A stretch of DNA of 64,000 bases from Auanema rhodensis (lineage: Eukaryota > Animalia > Nematoda). The notes under the pieces are model-generated. The model worked only from the letters and a program-made list of their open reading frames with translations. It had not been told where the DNA came from and made no database searches. The stretch's first letter is position 1; each line of letters starts with the position of its first letter. Shown here piece after piece: positions 25,801 through 37,999 of the stretch. The position numbers were made by a program, and so were the translations under genes. The DNA is taken from the NCBI GenBank assembly GCA_964057225.1, contig OZ059897.1:16182001-16246000 (forward strand), given 5' to 3'.

Positions 25801-28800
25801 TTTTTGTCTGTCCGGACTTGAAATCGTCTCCTCCCAAAAACACATTCCGCTGTTGAGCTAACTCAATGATTCCTGGTACAAGGGTGTTTTGTGGAGAGCC
25901 GTTGATATAATGAGCTCCTTCTAAAATTGAAGCTACGGCGAATATATTCGATGGTGAAACCTTAATTAAGTTATTAGGGTAGCAAATAATTAAATCACAC
26001 CTCATCAGCATTGTTATCAATAGAATTGAGGATTTCATCTGCAGTCATATTCAAACCAGACTGTACATCAGTATATCTTTCTGTATTGGCAGTCCAGAGA
26101 ACTATCACACATTCTAAAATATATTCATATCAAAGAGCGAATGGTTACAACTAACCTAATCCATGGTTCTCTTTGAATTTTCTGATATCTTTTCGGATGT
26201 GGTCAAGATGTTCCTTTTTACTGTTACCAGGGATGATATTATTAGCTCTGTCACCTTGATTTGAGGCGATGAAATCTGGATAATAAACAGAAGGCATTGG
26301 TGTAATATTCTCCATATGTGGGCGAAGTTTGTCTTGAAGCTCAGTATCAAATACCTGAATATATTTCGCGTGGGGTTTAATTTTTTTACTTCAATTATAT
26401 ATACCTTCGCTCTAACCATGGCCTCGTACAAATTAGCCTTGTTAATATCCCACCCATCGATGACGAGATCGTTAGGTGAAAGGATAGGAATAATAGAATT
26501 GAATGGTACGTGAATCTGTTCCTGTCCATCCCAACCCAAGTGAATTGTTGAAGCTTGTGTGATTGATCTGGATCACGGTACCATAGTAAAAAATAATTTT
26601 CCTCCGGTATATACCCAAAGTAGTTAGCTGATTGCACACCTTCCTTGGTTCTCCAGGTCATTTTTTGTCGGTTAGCAACGATAGCTCCATAGGCAGTAGA
26701 TCCGTTGTTGCCACCAAATCCAACGAGTAAAACACCTAGTTTTTCAGTTGTCAATTTAATATACTGTTTTGTCTTACCAGTCTTCTTAGGTTTCAGTTGA
26801 GTTTTGAAGAAGTAACGATGGTCTTGTGGTGTAATTTTGAAGCCAGAGCCAGATTTTTCAATATGATTTTTACGATAAACGTAAGTAGATTCTAAGATGT
26901 TTCCATCGTTACGAACTAGAGGACTGTCAACAACTATCTAAAGTACCTTTATATTGTCTGATAAACCATTTATATTAAAACCTGAGGAGCTACGTATTCC
27001 TGAGCAATGCGCCCGTTGGTTTGACCATTGGAAACTACCATTTCTACCACAAATCTGAAAAATGTTATTAGAAACAAATAAGAGAGAAAATTCGAAGAAG
27101 CGAAAGTGTATAATCCCTCGAAAGAATTGTTTGATCGGAATAAAATGATTTGCAGCTTTGCTATATATATAGTCAGCGCTCTCATTGAAAAATGAGACGT
27201 TTTAAGTTCAACTAAATGCTCAATATTTCGAAACTATAATGAACGACTATTTATGGTTTCATTTTCATTGCAATTTGTTTAAATTTTCGCTTTTCACTTA
27301 TACAAAAAGGACGATTCTCCGAAATTTAGAAAACAGATATGATGTCCAAATAAAGTATTTATTTCGGCACCGCACTCAAAAAATAGCGATAGAAATGCTA
27401 GCTAACTGGCAATATGTTGGGAAAATGGTTTTTTCCACTAACGCTTCCTATTCTGCTTTTTTTATTATAAATGATTGAAGGCTAAAGCTCAAAGTTATTT
27501 GACATAATCGAAAAAGAGGGATTAGGAGAGCTAATGGGTTGAATGGAAAAGAAGACGAAATTATGCGTGACAGCCAAAGCAGAGAAGATAATGAGGCACT
27601 TACATGAAATATTTTCGAAAAAGTCAAGAGTCGCTACAATGAGAAGTGCTTGTTATTTTGCTCACAGATATATGATCGAAAATCAAAAAATAGTAATTAA
27701 ATGTCTGTAAAGCAAATGCCATATAGAAGAAATACACAGAGCGTTTCAATCGCTGCAGCTTCAGGGTATATTCAGCAGAACTGCGTTAAAGTTCATAGTT
27801 CATCATTGTAGTTGAGTGAACATATTTCTATAAATCTCACCATTTATGGGGTGATTTATTGTTCGCAATTTTAGAAAAAGTAGTGAAACTCCTATTAAGT
27901 TGTCAAAATTTGGGAACGTTGGCCTAGTGTACATTCTTGCAAAAATAGATGATAAATAGAATGTAGTCTTATATAAGACATAAAGATAATAAAAAGCAAT
28001 CAAATCAATTACTGGAAGCTACAATTCACCACAAGTGTCAAACGTTTACTATAAAGTAAAAGAATAAACTACTTTTTGATATTTTATCATCTATAACTGA
28101 CGATAGTTTTTAAATGTTTGTAAATAGTTTGTTATAGAGCAATTTTTTTTGTAGTTTCTTCTTATACTGTTTTAGGCGTCAACTTCTATACCGGAAGTGG
28201 TTGAGGTAAAAGAGGAACCTTTAGATGAAGATCAAGTTGAACCGATTGTAATTAAAAAAATAAAAGATATAGAAGACGTAATGATTATGGTAGAACTTTT
28301 CCAGTGAGTTTGTTTTTAGGTTCCCCTTGTCATTTCGCCACTAGGAGAAAAGTACAATACGTTACGTTTTCTTGAAGAAAAGAAGCCTACTGTTGTTATA
28401 TTGTACAACTCAGATCTTGCAACGATTCGACAATTGGAGGTGTAGCAAATTTTTTAATTTTTTAACAAATTAATTCGTAGATATTCAAAGCTTTAAATGA
28501 CAAACTTCATTTTGTTGTTCACCAAGTTCAATACTCCAATTCTACAGAAGAAGAGCGTTATTTAACTTCAATTAACAATGAAACCAAAGCTTTTGAAGCC
28601 ATAGTACGGGAGAAAGGAGTGAGTAGTAGAATGTTAGATAAGTAGTATCATTCATTGTATTTTAGACCTTACTTATACCTCGGCATTGGGATGTAACACG
28701 TGAAGAAGCTCCCACTCTGAATATCTCTCATAGAGATGGTGGAGGAACAAGAGAAACTGAAGAAAGACCTATTGTAGTTGTATTTAGTGTTTTATTCAAG

Positions 28801-29893
28801 TTATGCTTATATCAGGTTGTTGTGGATATGCGTGAATTCAATAGTGAATTGCCTACTATCTTGTATAAGAAAGGATTTGATGTTATGGCGGTTACTCTGG
28901 AAGTAAGTTGTATAAAATGTTAGCTGATTTAGTTGATTTTAACAAGTTGATATGCTGTATTATTTTTATTGTATAATATAATTTTAAGATTGGGGATTAT
29001 GTGTTATCTCCTGGAATATCGGTTGAAAGAAAAGCTTTAGATGATTTGACTCAGTCTCTTCAATCTGGTCGAGTTTTCAAACAAATAGAACAAGTAAAAT
29101 GCTATCTACCTTTTTTACTAAAACTGTTATTTTTAGATGCTTGTTCATTATTCAAATACATTTTTACTTGTCGAATCTAATAGAAAATTTGAAGCAAAAA
29201 TTGTTAATGGAGGACCTTTTCAAGTAAGTGAAAAAATTAACTCAATTTAAATTTTATTGTACTATCATTTTTAAAATTTTTTTAGGGTGAACTAACAAGA
29301 AATTGTCGTGATATTCGAGCTTTGCTTTGCTCTTTAATCCGATCTTATCCAAAAATGAAATTGTTGTGGTCAACGTCACCAGAAAATTCGGCCGAGTATT
29401 TTGCAGAATTGAAAGTTTGTTCTGTTTCTTTCTATTGAAAACGATATTGTTGAAACAGATTTCGCGAGACCAACCAGATGTTGAAAAAGCGATCTCTCTC
29501 CGATCAGGAGAAGTGAATATGGAACGCGGTATCAATCTTTCTTTTATTTTTCATTTTTTTTTGTTTCTTCTTATCAATCGTTTCTCTATTTTTAGACATT
29601 ATTATTACAGACACTTGTTCTTCTGAATCGTCGAACAAAAAAAGCAAACCCAACGCTTTCATTCTTAGATATTTGTCAAACAACTTACAAGGTCTTGCCA
29701 AAGGGGACATCACCTCTATTATGCTCAATACACACGTAACACGATTACATAATATGATATTGTTTTGACCGTGTTGCAGGTTAAAAATCTGAAAGATCTA
29801 TTTACATTGAATGCTGATCGACTTCATTCAGCAATTGGAAACCATGCGGACAATATCTACAACATTGCTCATTTCGATTTCAGCCAATCTTAG
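22840..29893 (+). CDS. xpf-1: DNA repair endonuclease XPF/ERCC4, multi-exon, with one 3.2 kb intron (24940-28175)
   Basis: N-terminal helicase-like motifs: LLDYE, LFITAR|[41 protein letters not shown]|[12 protein letters not shown]. Nuclease domain: [45 protein letters not shown]. Stop after ...HFDFSQS at 29891-29893. Confidence 0.93.
25105..27041 (-). CDS. inos-1: Inositol-3-phosphate synthase (MIPS/ISYNA1), complete, nested antisense within the xpf-1 intron
   Basis: All MIPS core motifs are present: [82 protein letters not shown] (MVVSNGQ) at 27041 is preceded by a tttcag acceptor; stop after ...FTKFSKNV at 25105-25107. Confidence 0.95.
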
Positions 29894-29998
29894 AAATATT
29901 CGATTATTTCAAAGTTTTATCGAAAAATTTTATCTTTAGATTTAATTATTAATATGTACATTTATTACGAGTGATTGATTATTATCTAATTCCCGAGT

Positions 29999-32900
29999 TT
30001 AGAACCTTTTTCTTCTACGATTTCTGAAAATAGACTTCTCAATGTGATCTCGGTTTTTTACTAAACCTACTTTATCTTTTTAATTTGAAGAGCTTTTAAT
30101 GGCGATTTGTCCGGGTTAGGCACACGAATTATATTGAGAGCTTGTTCAGCTTCAAAATAATAAATCAATTTTAGAAAAACCACCGTTTTAAGCAAACCTT
30201 CTTTCGTAAAGAAATCTATTTTACTGCATCCATTCTCAAAGTATAATTGTCTCGGGTTCTGGGTGCGAAGGAAATTTTCAGGCTTACTGATAGAATCATA
30301 AGCATTCAAAACACACCGCCCTTCATCCACGAAAAATGAAGCGGACTTAATTATTCAATATTATATGTTTTAAATCAAGGAAATCATACTCTGCAAGTGT
30401 ATTCGGTGCTCAAAACGCAAAGTTCGAGGCACAGTTGCATTCCTTGGTATCCAAGAGGTAAACCATCAAATTGCTCCCGTGGAACAACCTGAAATGCGTT
30501 TATATAAGAAGCTTCATTTATATCAGAAAACTACATCAATAGCGAATTCACGGAAACCCACAAAAGTAGAGCAATCGCGGAATATTGGAAGAGATTCTAA
30601 AAGTAATGAAAATATTGATTCAGTTAATACTTCTATTCTTACTTGAATAACAGAATTTAACAGAAGTTGAAGCAGAGAAGTCTCCATTAGATGAAGATTT
30701 CAAATATACTCCATCAGACTTCTCATTTATCATGCATTGAACATCTTTTTCCAAAAAAGAGAACGATTTACATCCCTAGAAATGTTATAATAAATCGAGA
30801 TATTACAGGAATTCCTACCAATTGATCACACATTTCTTGGCATTCCTCTTTTGTCATTGAGCTGCTGTCGATTGATTCTTGTTCGCTATCCAAACTGTTT
30901 TCAAAAGTAACCCAAATAGCGGAATCATCTGGTCCACAAACTGAAAATCATTTTACCGTAATGTTTATCATTTCTCTTATTATTTCATGGATATTTCAAT
31001 TAATATCATTGAACTGATTAGCATTTAATGGATCTCGATTATCATCTTTAATTAATCATTCATCATAAAGAGGGAAGAGGCAGGGGTATGACATATAGGG
31101 ACAAAAGAGTAACATCCATCAAATCAGGTTCCATAATAAGAATCTAAGCTTTTTAGATTTTGAACATGGAACAATATTCATTCACGCATTAATCTACATA
31201 TGAATAATGATTTTCGGATATAGAAGAGATGATGAAGATTTGGTATGTAGTTCAGATAAAGGCCTAACAATAAGATTAAAATAGCAAAATGTTAAACGTT
31301 CATCTTATGAACTAAAATTTTTTCGAAACTTCGAAGGTTTATCTGCCCTAATCTGGTGCCCTTCGTCGGTAAAAGGGAAATTTCTTGGTAATCATTCTAA
31401 TAACACGACTATTCTTCAAATAATATATCAAAAACAAGAAAAAGATAAACGAATGCTCTATCAATTAGGACGGAAAACTGTTTTTTGAAAAGAGAATTTT
31501 AGATTTGTTTCAGAAGAAACAAGTTGATTCACATATCTAAAGGGGTTAATCTTGTCGATTTCATTAATATCACCTAATTAGGTTGTGATAGATTTCCAAA
31601 TTCACTCTCGTTCTCTTTTTGTCACATGACAATATAAAGAACAACTAACTGTCAGCAATAGGTCCCATTTCTCTTGCTGGTGGATTCTTCGTTTTTCCAT
31701 TGATGGATTCCAAAAATGATAAAGCTCTGGGAATGTATGAAGAAAAACTTGGCTAAAGTATAATGAATAATTATAAACAAAGTATATAAATTGATAGAGA
31801 AAATACATAATATTATTCTTATATTTACCTTTAATGTAGATATTGGTCTTCTTCGGATATCAGTAATACGGCGAGAACTCTTCTTTGTGTACATCATATC
31901 TTCCTTGAATTGTATTTTTTTAATAGGTTTCTAAAACTCAAATATAAGTATGTTTCTCTATTAGATAAATATAGATTTAGAAATAACTTACCTCAGTGAA
32001 AATAGGAGTAGGCGTTGTTGTTGTGGAGGTTGTGGAAGTTCTTAGGGTTGTCGTAGCAATAGTTGTTTTCATAGTCGTGGTTGGTTTGATAGTACCAGAA
32101 GTAGCCATTCCACGACGAGAAGGTCCAACGTACTCGGAATACTTACTAGGATAACGAGTCTTCATTTTTTCTGAACCAATAAAATTTTTGAAATAGTACA
32201 TTAAATTAGGATGGTACCTAATTTATTTCGGAGATCGGTCTCCAAACGAGCTTTTGTAGCATTTAATTCTTCATGAGAACTTGGCAATCTGCCTAATCCC
32301 TAAATAATTCAATAAACTTCTCTTTATAATCAGATCTTAAGTGATATCTTACAATTCTCTTCTTCTTAAACACCACATCAGCATCATTTTTTTCCAATTT
32401 TTCCATGGAAGTTATATATCTATACCAAAAATAAAATTATAAAACTCTACAATACTTTTGAATACCTTTGCTGAACATCGAAGGGGCGTAGATCTCTCTT
32501 GAAATCTTCTAAATTCTCGAATGAACCTTAAAAATTGATATTAGTACGAATCTTGAGAAAGGAAAAACCTTTGAATGATTGGGATTTCTGAGTTTCCATT
32601 AGTGATGACTTCGCAACCTTTTTTTTCATCCATGTCTGAAACATTTATTTTTCAATTTTAATTAAGGTTAACAAAATGATAAAATTCATAAAAAACACAC
32701 CTGAGGGTTAAAGTTATTTTTTGTAGAAATAGCATCGGCAATTGAGACGGTAACTTGAGGAATATTGGAACTAAGCTGCTGCCGTGGTGTTTGTAGTTGG
32801 TTTATTTTAGCAGATGGAGATTTGTTTTGATCTTAAATATATAATTGTTTAATTATTATAGGAGTTGCCCTTTCAAACCTAGACAAGATTTGTTTGTAAC

Positions 32901-33278
32901 TCTAAGATAGATCATTTTTGCAGCAGGTACGGCCATATTTTCTCCTGCATTCAAAAAGAAGTGGCAGATATGTTGAACAGAATCGAAAACTACAGAACGA
33001 CAACGAGACTAAACAAATGTATTCGATAACTTATTTTTAAGACTGTTTTTACCGATGTTTGAGCACAAAACTGAAGACAACTATCTTCGGTTTTCATTCT
33101 CCATTCACTATGATATGGCTGGACCCCAACTAATCGGTTGTTCGGATAACGTTCAAAACATGGTCGAAAAGCTGGAATATATTTTGACATTAATTACAGC
33201 GAATACTATTCTACCTTTAGAATCTAGAATTTGCCCATGTATGAGCGTGACAAGAGCTACCAGATATAGCCACAGCAT
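29999..33278 (-). CDS. Secreted PAN/apple-domain protein with a central Thr-rich linker, multi-exon
   Basis: Signal peptide MLWLYLVALVTLIHG. N-terminal PAN cysteine pattern PCFERYPNNRL..EDSCLQFCAQTS|SRCRSVVFDSVQHICHFF. Thr-rich exon (TTTMKTTIATTTLRTSTTSTTTTPTP). C-terminal PAN repeats include EECQEMC..CKSFSF and LCLELCVLSTEYTC..SASFFVDEGRCVLN..LYFENGC. The 3' end is either the stop at 30067 or a spliced last exon ending KNRRRKRF* at 29999. Confidence 0.8.
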
Positions 33279-34259
33279 GGATGAGCGCTCGATGAAATAA
33301 GGAAGACAGTGATGATCGAAGCAGAAGTGAATGAAGGCAAGAACTGACCCCAATTTTCAACCCAGCCCCCAGTCCCTGTTCCTTTCTCTTCCGTCTATCA
33401 ACAAATTGAGCCTGATTACGGAAAGTGAAAGGATTTGCAACATCCTAATCGTTTCATCCGAAAAGTGGGAACTTCGGCTATTTAACAATCGCAAATTATT
33501 AACATTGCCTTACTTTACCACAATATTAAATTTATATTTGAAAAATACAGACTTAGTTTTTTCAGAAATGATGAACAAATTTAAAACAAAACAGAAAACT
33601 AATTAATCAGATGTTCCAAAATTATTCACATTGTTTCCCCTCGTAAAAAAAACCGTTTCCTGCACTTAGTACGAGGAATATCGAGAAATTCTGATGTAAG
33701 TCAACATTAACCATTAACAAGATATCTAATGAGAACATTTTTTAAACTTTTACCATTTTTTAAAATATAATTACTATTTTTCCCATCATAATTTTCAATC
33801 CCATTTTATGATTATAAGCTTTTCACATTATTTATTTTTAATTCAACTGCTTGGATATTAAAACCATATTTTTTTATTTTAAAAGAAATCTCAAAAGAAA
33901 TTTAAACAGACTCGACTACGAAATATAAAGGGCTAAAAACAAATATGCGTATAACGTCCTACCACGATTGTCACAGCGTAAATTTCTATTACAGTACCTC
34001 ACCAATAGCATAAACTTTCCTTTGTCCTAAAAGAATTTTGCGTTTTTAAAGGTTTTTATTTATTATTTTTCTAATTTTTATGTTTAATGTAGTTACTACC
34101 TCTACTCTGTTGCCCTAATTTGAATGGAGAATAATGTTACTGTTGCAATTTTAATAATTGTGATAATTTTAACTGTTTTTTGTAAAAGTCTCTTTATGTT
34201 TTAAATATTTGTCGTACATTTAATAGATCGATTTTTTAAAATTCGTTGTTTAGGTAATC

Positions 34260-34781
34260 ATGGTCGAGCAGACTCAGAGACGCGCTGGACCCAAGCCAGC
34301 CGGAAGGTTTTTAAATGTATTCTTAATTTTTCTAATTTTCAAATTTAGACTTTACGTGAAAGCCGTTTTCACCGGCTTCAAGCGTGGACTTCGTACTCAA
34401 ACCGAGCATACAGCTCTCCTCAAGTTGGATGGTGTTTTCAACAAGGAAGATGCTTCCTACTACATTGGAAAGCGCGCCGTTTACGTTTACAAGGCCCAAA
34501 ATAAGACAACCGTTAGCTTTATATATTCTTTAAAATTATTTAATATGTAGGCTATTTTACATTCAGTGTTTTTAGAAGCCAGGATGTACCACTCCATCCA
34601 GAACTCGTGCTATCTGGGGAAAAATCACCAGAGTCCACGGAAACGCCGGAGCCGTCCGCGCCAAATTCCACCACAACCTTCCACCTAACGCCATGGGAAA
34701 CAGAATCCGTGTGGTAAATTTGGCTGTTTGTTTCGATGTTATAGATTTGCTTTACAGATGCTTTACCCATCCAACATCTAA
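34260..34781 (+). CDS. rpl-33: 60S ribosomal protein L35A (eL33), 4 exons
   Basis: [16 protein letters not shown]|[29 protein letters not shown]...[10 protein letters not shown]...[37 protein letters not shown]|MLYPSNI* is the eL33 signature. A tttag acceptor lies 6 nt upstream of the ATG. Confidence 0.96.
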
Positions 34782-35210
34782 GATACTGTTTGTTATTGTT
34801 ATATTCTCAATGGCTAATAAACTGTTGGGTTTTGTCTTAATTTTTATTTCAATTTTTATGTGCATTGCTTGAAAATTACGTTGAATACATGGAAAGACTA
34901 TACAATTTTAAAGATTAACATTAACAACTAACAACCAATTTTTAAAAACGAACTATTGATAATAAAAGTGTCAAAGTTGTTTTATTCGACTTCTTCGTAG
35001 GAATATAATTTATGCATGAACGGAATTGCTTCGTATACCGCGGAAATTATTGTATTTTGTCTTAAAAATCTGCACTACGTATAGTTTGAATTGCGTATCG
35101 GCGGGAATTTAAATATTTTTTTGGCAAAATTTTATTATTTGAAATTCAGTTTTTTTCAATATTCTATTATAGATTTGTATTAAACGTAGATAATTTTTTT
35201 ATTAGATAAG

Positions 35211-36998
35211 ATGTCTAGACATCTGTTAATATCCGTGTTATTACTTTATATATCGGTTACACTCTCTGTTCCCTTCGATGAGATTTTACAAACACCTCAT
35301 TTTATGGTCATTTCACAGTATAAATGTGAAACGATCATAGAAACAAATTTGAAAGAGAAAGTTTGTCCTTTGTTCTTAAGTCGAACCTCCAAGTACGTTT
35401 AATTTTTCAATTTTAATAAAAATTTGGTGTATAGACCTAGTGCCTGCGATTCTACGCATGACAGCAGTTCCTATAATTTTCACCATTTGCACCTAGTGCG
35501 TGATACAAATGCAGTTCATCCTCCTAAGCTACTTTACCTATTAGGTGGAAGTGGTGGTTCCACATCTTATGACATTGTTGATATTGATGTCAGTTCAAAT
35601 ATAATACAATTAGGTTATAAGGAAAAATTTTTTCAGATGCCAATTGTCAAGAATAAATCGAAAATAGCAACATCTACTAAACGTATAACTCCTCAGATTA
35701 TGACATCAAATCACCTGAATAGCAAATATCTCGGTTCATATGTGGTTTGTTCGATTGTTGTTTTATTCTTATGAATATATCCAGACTAGTAGTATTTACG
35801 ACAACGATGCTCAATTATTATATATTCTAACGTCTAGAGGACCAATGGCTCAACCTTCACCATATTGTTTTGTGTATGGAGTTCGTGATGTGTTTGGTAG
35901 CCAATTTTTGACAGGCAATTTTTGTGATATGAAATATTTTGAGGTTCTGGAAAACCAAGTGTTGATCTTATGTACGAATTTCCTCTTCACAATTCTATTA
36001 CTGCAAAATATTATTGGTCTGCTGACCCTTATTCTGATGAGGTTTTCTATCTTACATTAATGGTATTTACTCGTAAGCAAACGATTGAAGGTATATTATT
36101 CAACATCTCCTTCTGGCGATCAGACCTCCACCTTGCTTATGGTTAAAAAAAGAAAGTTACCTCTTGTACTTCGTTACGGTGAAGATGGAATAGTTGTATC
36201 ATCTCCCCATACAAATCGATTACATTACTTGTTAAGTTTCCTTAACACATCCCACATTATGATTATTTTCAGGGTGTCTGGTGGAATAATATTTAGTTAC
36301 GGTTTAGGTAATATTACTATCGAAGGACATGACATTATTGGATATATGAGGTTTTTAGGTACATCTCGCTTTTATCAATGTATTAGCATATTATAGATCA
36401 GTTCACAATACAAGTGATCACGGGATTATTTGCTCGTCAAAAGTTAGCGATTTTGAAAAACGGTTTCGATCTCTTCCTTCGTTCTCTTCAGTTATTGTAG
36501 TACGGTAAGTTTATTTTAACATATTTAATTTTTATATTTCATCGTTCCAAATAGTGATGTCGATTTCTGCCTGCTTAATGGCTTGGATGATTTTGATTGC
36601 CAAAAACAAAAAGATAATTTTATGTTAGAAAAAGGATTCGTACGTTGAGAATTTAAACAATTTTTTTGAATTTCATACAATAGATTAAAAAAACAGGAAT
36701 AGGATTAGGAACTATATTTCTACTGGTTCTCATTTTTATTCTATCCATAGTAAGTATAATGCATATCTCAATGTTTTACAAATATAAGTTCAGCTTGTTA
36801 TTCTTCTTCTTCTTTGCGTTTGCTGCATGAAACGGAATTTGGAAAACTCATATCTTGAGGTTCTTCTGACTACTTAGCCTATTGAAAGAAAATTATTTTC
36901 AGGAGAGAGGGCAACCGATGATATACTATCCCAACTATCCAAATTTGCCCAGAAATCCTTCTTTCCTTGATGACTCAGTGGACACATGGCGTCATTAA
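35211..36998 (+). CDS. Uncharacterised type I membrane protein (signal peptide, Cys-containing ectodomain, one TM segment, short cytoplasmic tail), multi-exon
   Basis: Signal peptide MSRHLLISVLLLYISVTLS. Open exons are separated by ~45-nt introns. Hydrophobic stretch LGLGTIFLLVLIFILSI|LVILLLLCVCC; tail ERGQPMIYYPNYPNLPRNPSFLDDSVDTWRH* ends at 36996-36998. Family not recognised. Confidence 0.7.
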
Positions 36999-37392
36999 AC
37001 TATTATTTCACCTCATTTTGAATATTGTTGATCTCTTTTGTTAATGTTTACTTCTTTGTTATTTGTTGTATCGAATATCTCTTCCGTTATGAGATCAGTA
37101 TTCATAGTATCATTTAGAAATTTATGTAAGGTACGTAATAACACTTTACTCCTAATTAAAAATATTTTTCAACATTATGTAGAACTTTTTTTCAACATTG
37201 ACCAACGGTATATCAACCTGGAGCAAAGAATTGGTTCCGGTTCGGTAGCAATACATAGTACCTAGTTGCAGCTTATTAGGAGGTCGGCAACTCCTTTATG
37301 ATATGCAGCTAAGCTTCGGGTTGATGTGTGTTATCAGATAAATAGGAAAATAAAAACAGACTGTACAGAGAGTATTATTCTGCAATGGAGCA

Positions 37393-37476
37393 GCTCCATT
37401 GGCGCAGTTGGTTAGCGCGTGGTACTTATAAGTATAAGTGATGCCGAGGTCAGCAGTTCGATCCTGCTATGGAGCA
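37393..37476 (+). tRNA. tRNA-Ile (anticodon UAU) with a 10-nt canonical intron (37431-37440)
   Basis: Acceptor stem GCTCCAT/ATGGAGC plus discriminator A; A box TGGCGCAGTTGG; anticodon arm TGGTA-CT TAT A^A-TGCCG; T arm CAGCA-GTTCGATC-CTGCT with B box. The intron agtataagtg can pair with the anticodon. A T4 tract follows at 37480. Confidence 0.93.
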
Positions 37477-37562
37477 AAGTTTTGGCTCTGGCTGGCGCCT
37501 AATGTTTTCTTGGTATCAATGAAAAAACAGATTGTTCAGCAGCTTTTTTGAGTGTGCGTACA

Positions 37563-37621
37563 GCTCCATTGGCGCAGTTCCTTAGCGCGTTGTACTTATA
37601 GTTATAAGCGATGCCGAGGTC
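37563..37621 (+). pseudogene. 3'-truncated tRNA-Ile(UAU) copy
   Basis: GCTCCATTGGCGCAGTTCCTTAGCGCGTTGTACTTATA-gttataagcg-ATGCCGAGGTC matches the upstream tRNA 170 bp away. The D-loop GG is mutated to CC, and the T arm/B box and 3' acceptor strand are missing. Confidence 0.88.
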
Positions 37622-37680
37622 CTCTTTGAGAATTGAGAACCATTCAGATTCAGCAATTCAAAGAATCATCAGCCAAAATA

Positions 37681-37999
37681 CAGCCTTAACTGTTCTTGTG
37701 GATGGGTTCGACAAAAACCAATTTTCAGGAAAAAAGAAATGTCTCAACCAAATTTCGAGAGGATATTCAGATTCCTCACATTTGAATGCCCAAGTTCTGT
37801 ATGTTCGTATTGGAATATGTTTGAAAATCTATGAGAAAAGTGGACATTCACCGGGCACACAGTGCCTACAGCCTGAACTTTTTTGTGAACAAAATTTGTG
37901 GATAGGGTTGATATAAACCTTTTTTCCGGAAAATTGAAAAGTCACCGTCAAATCTCACTAGGAAATTCAGATCCTACACATCTGAATACCCAACCTCAT
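37681..37999 (-). repeat. ~1.6 diverged copies of the 200-bp satellite monomer in inverted orientation
   Basis: 37846-37998 (attcaccgggca..ctacagcctgaacttttttgtgaacaaa..ttttccggaaaa..aaatctcactaggaaatt..tacacatctgaatacccaacctca) is the reverse complement of the monomer. 37681-37800 is a more decayed copy (cttgtggatgg..ttttcaggaaaa..cacatttgaatgcccaa). Confidence 0.9.

Noticed and set aside
37313-37340. GTGTGTTATCAGA resembling the Y RNA/sbRNA 5' motif
   Set aside because: There is no complementary 3' stem strand or T-run terminator downstream. The segment pairs better with upstream sequence in the reported hairpin.
37497-37502. GCCTAA nematode telomere unit near the junction
   Set aside because: A single hexamer is expected by chance, and there is no telomeric array in the window.
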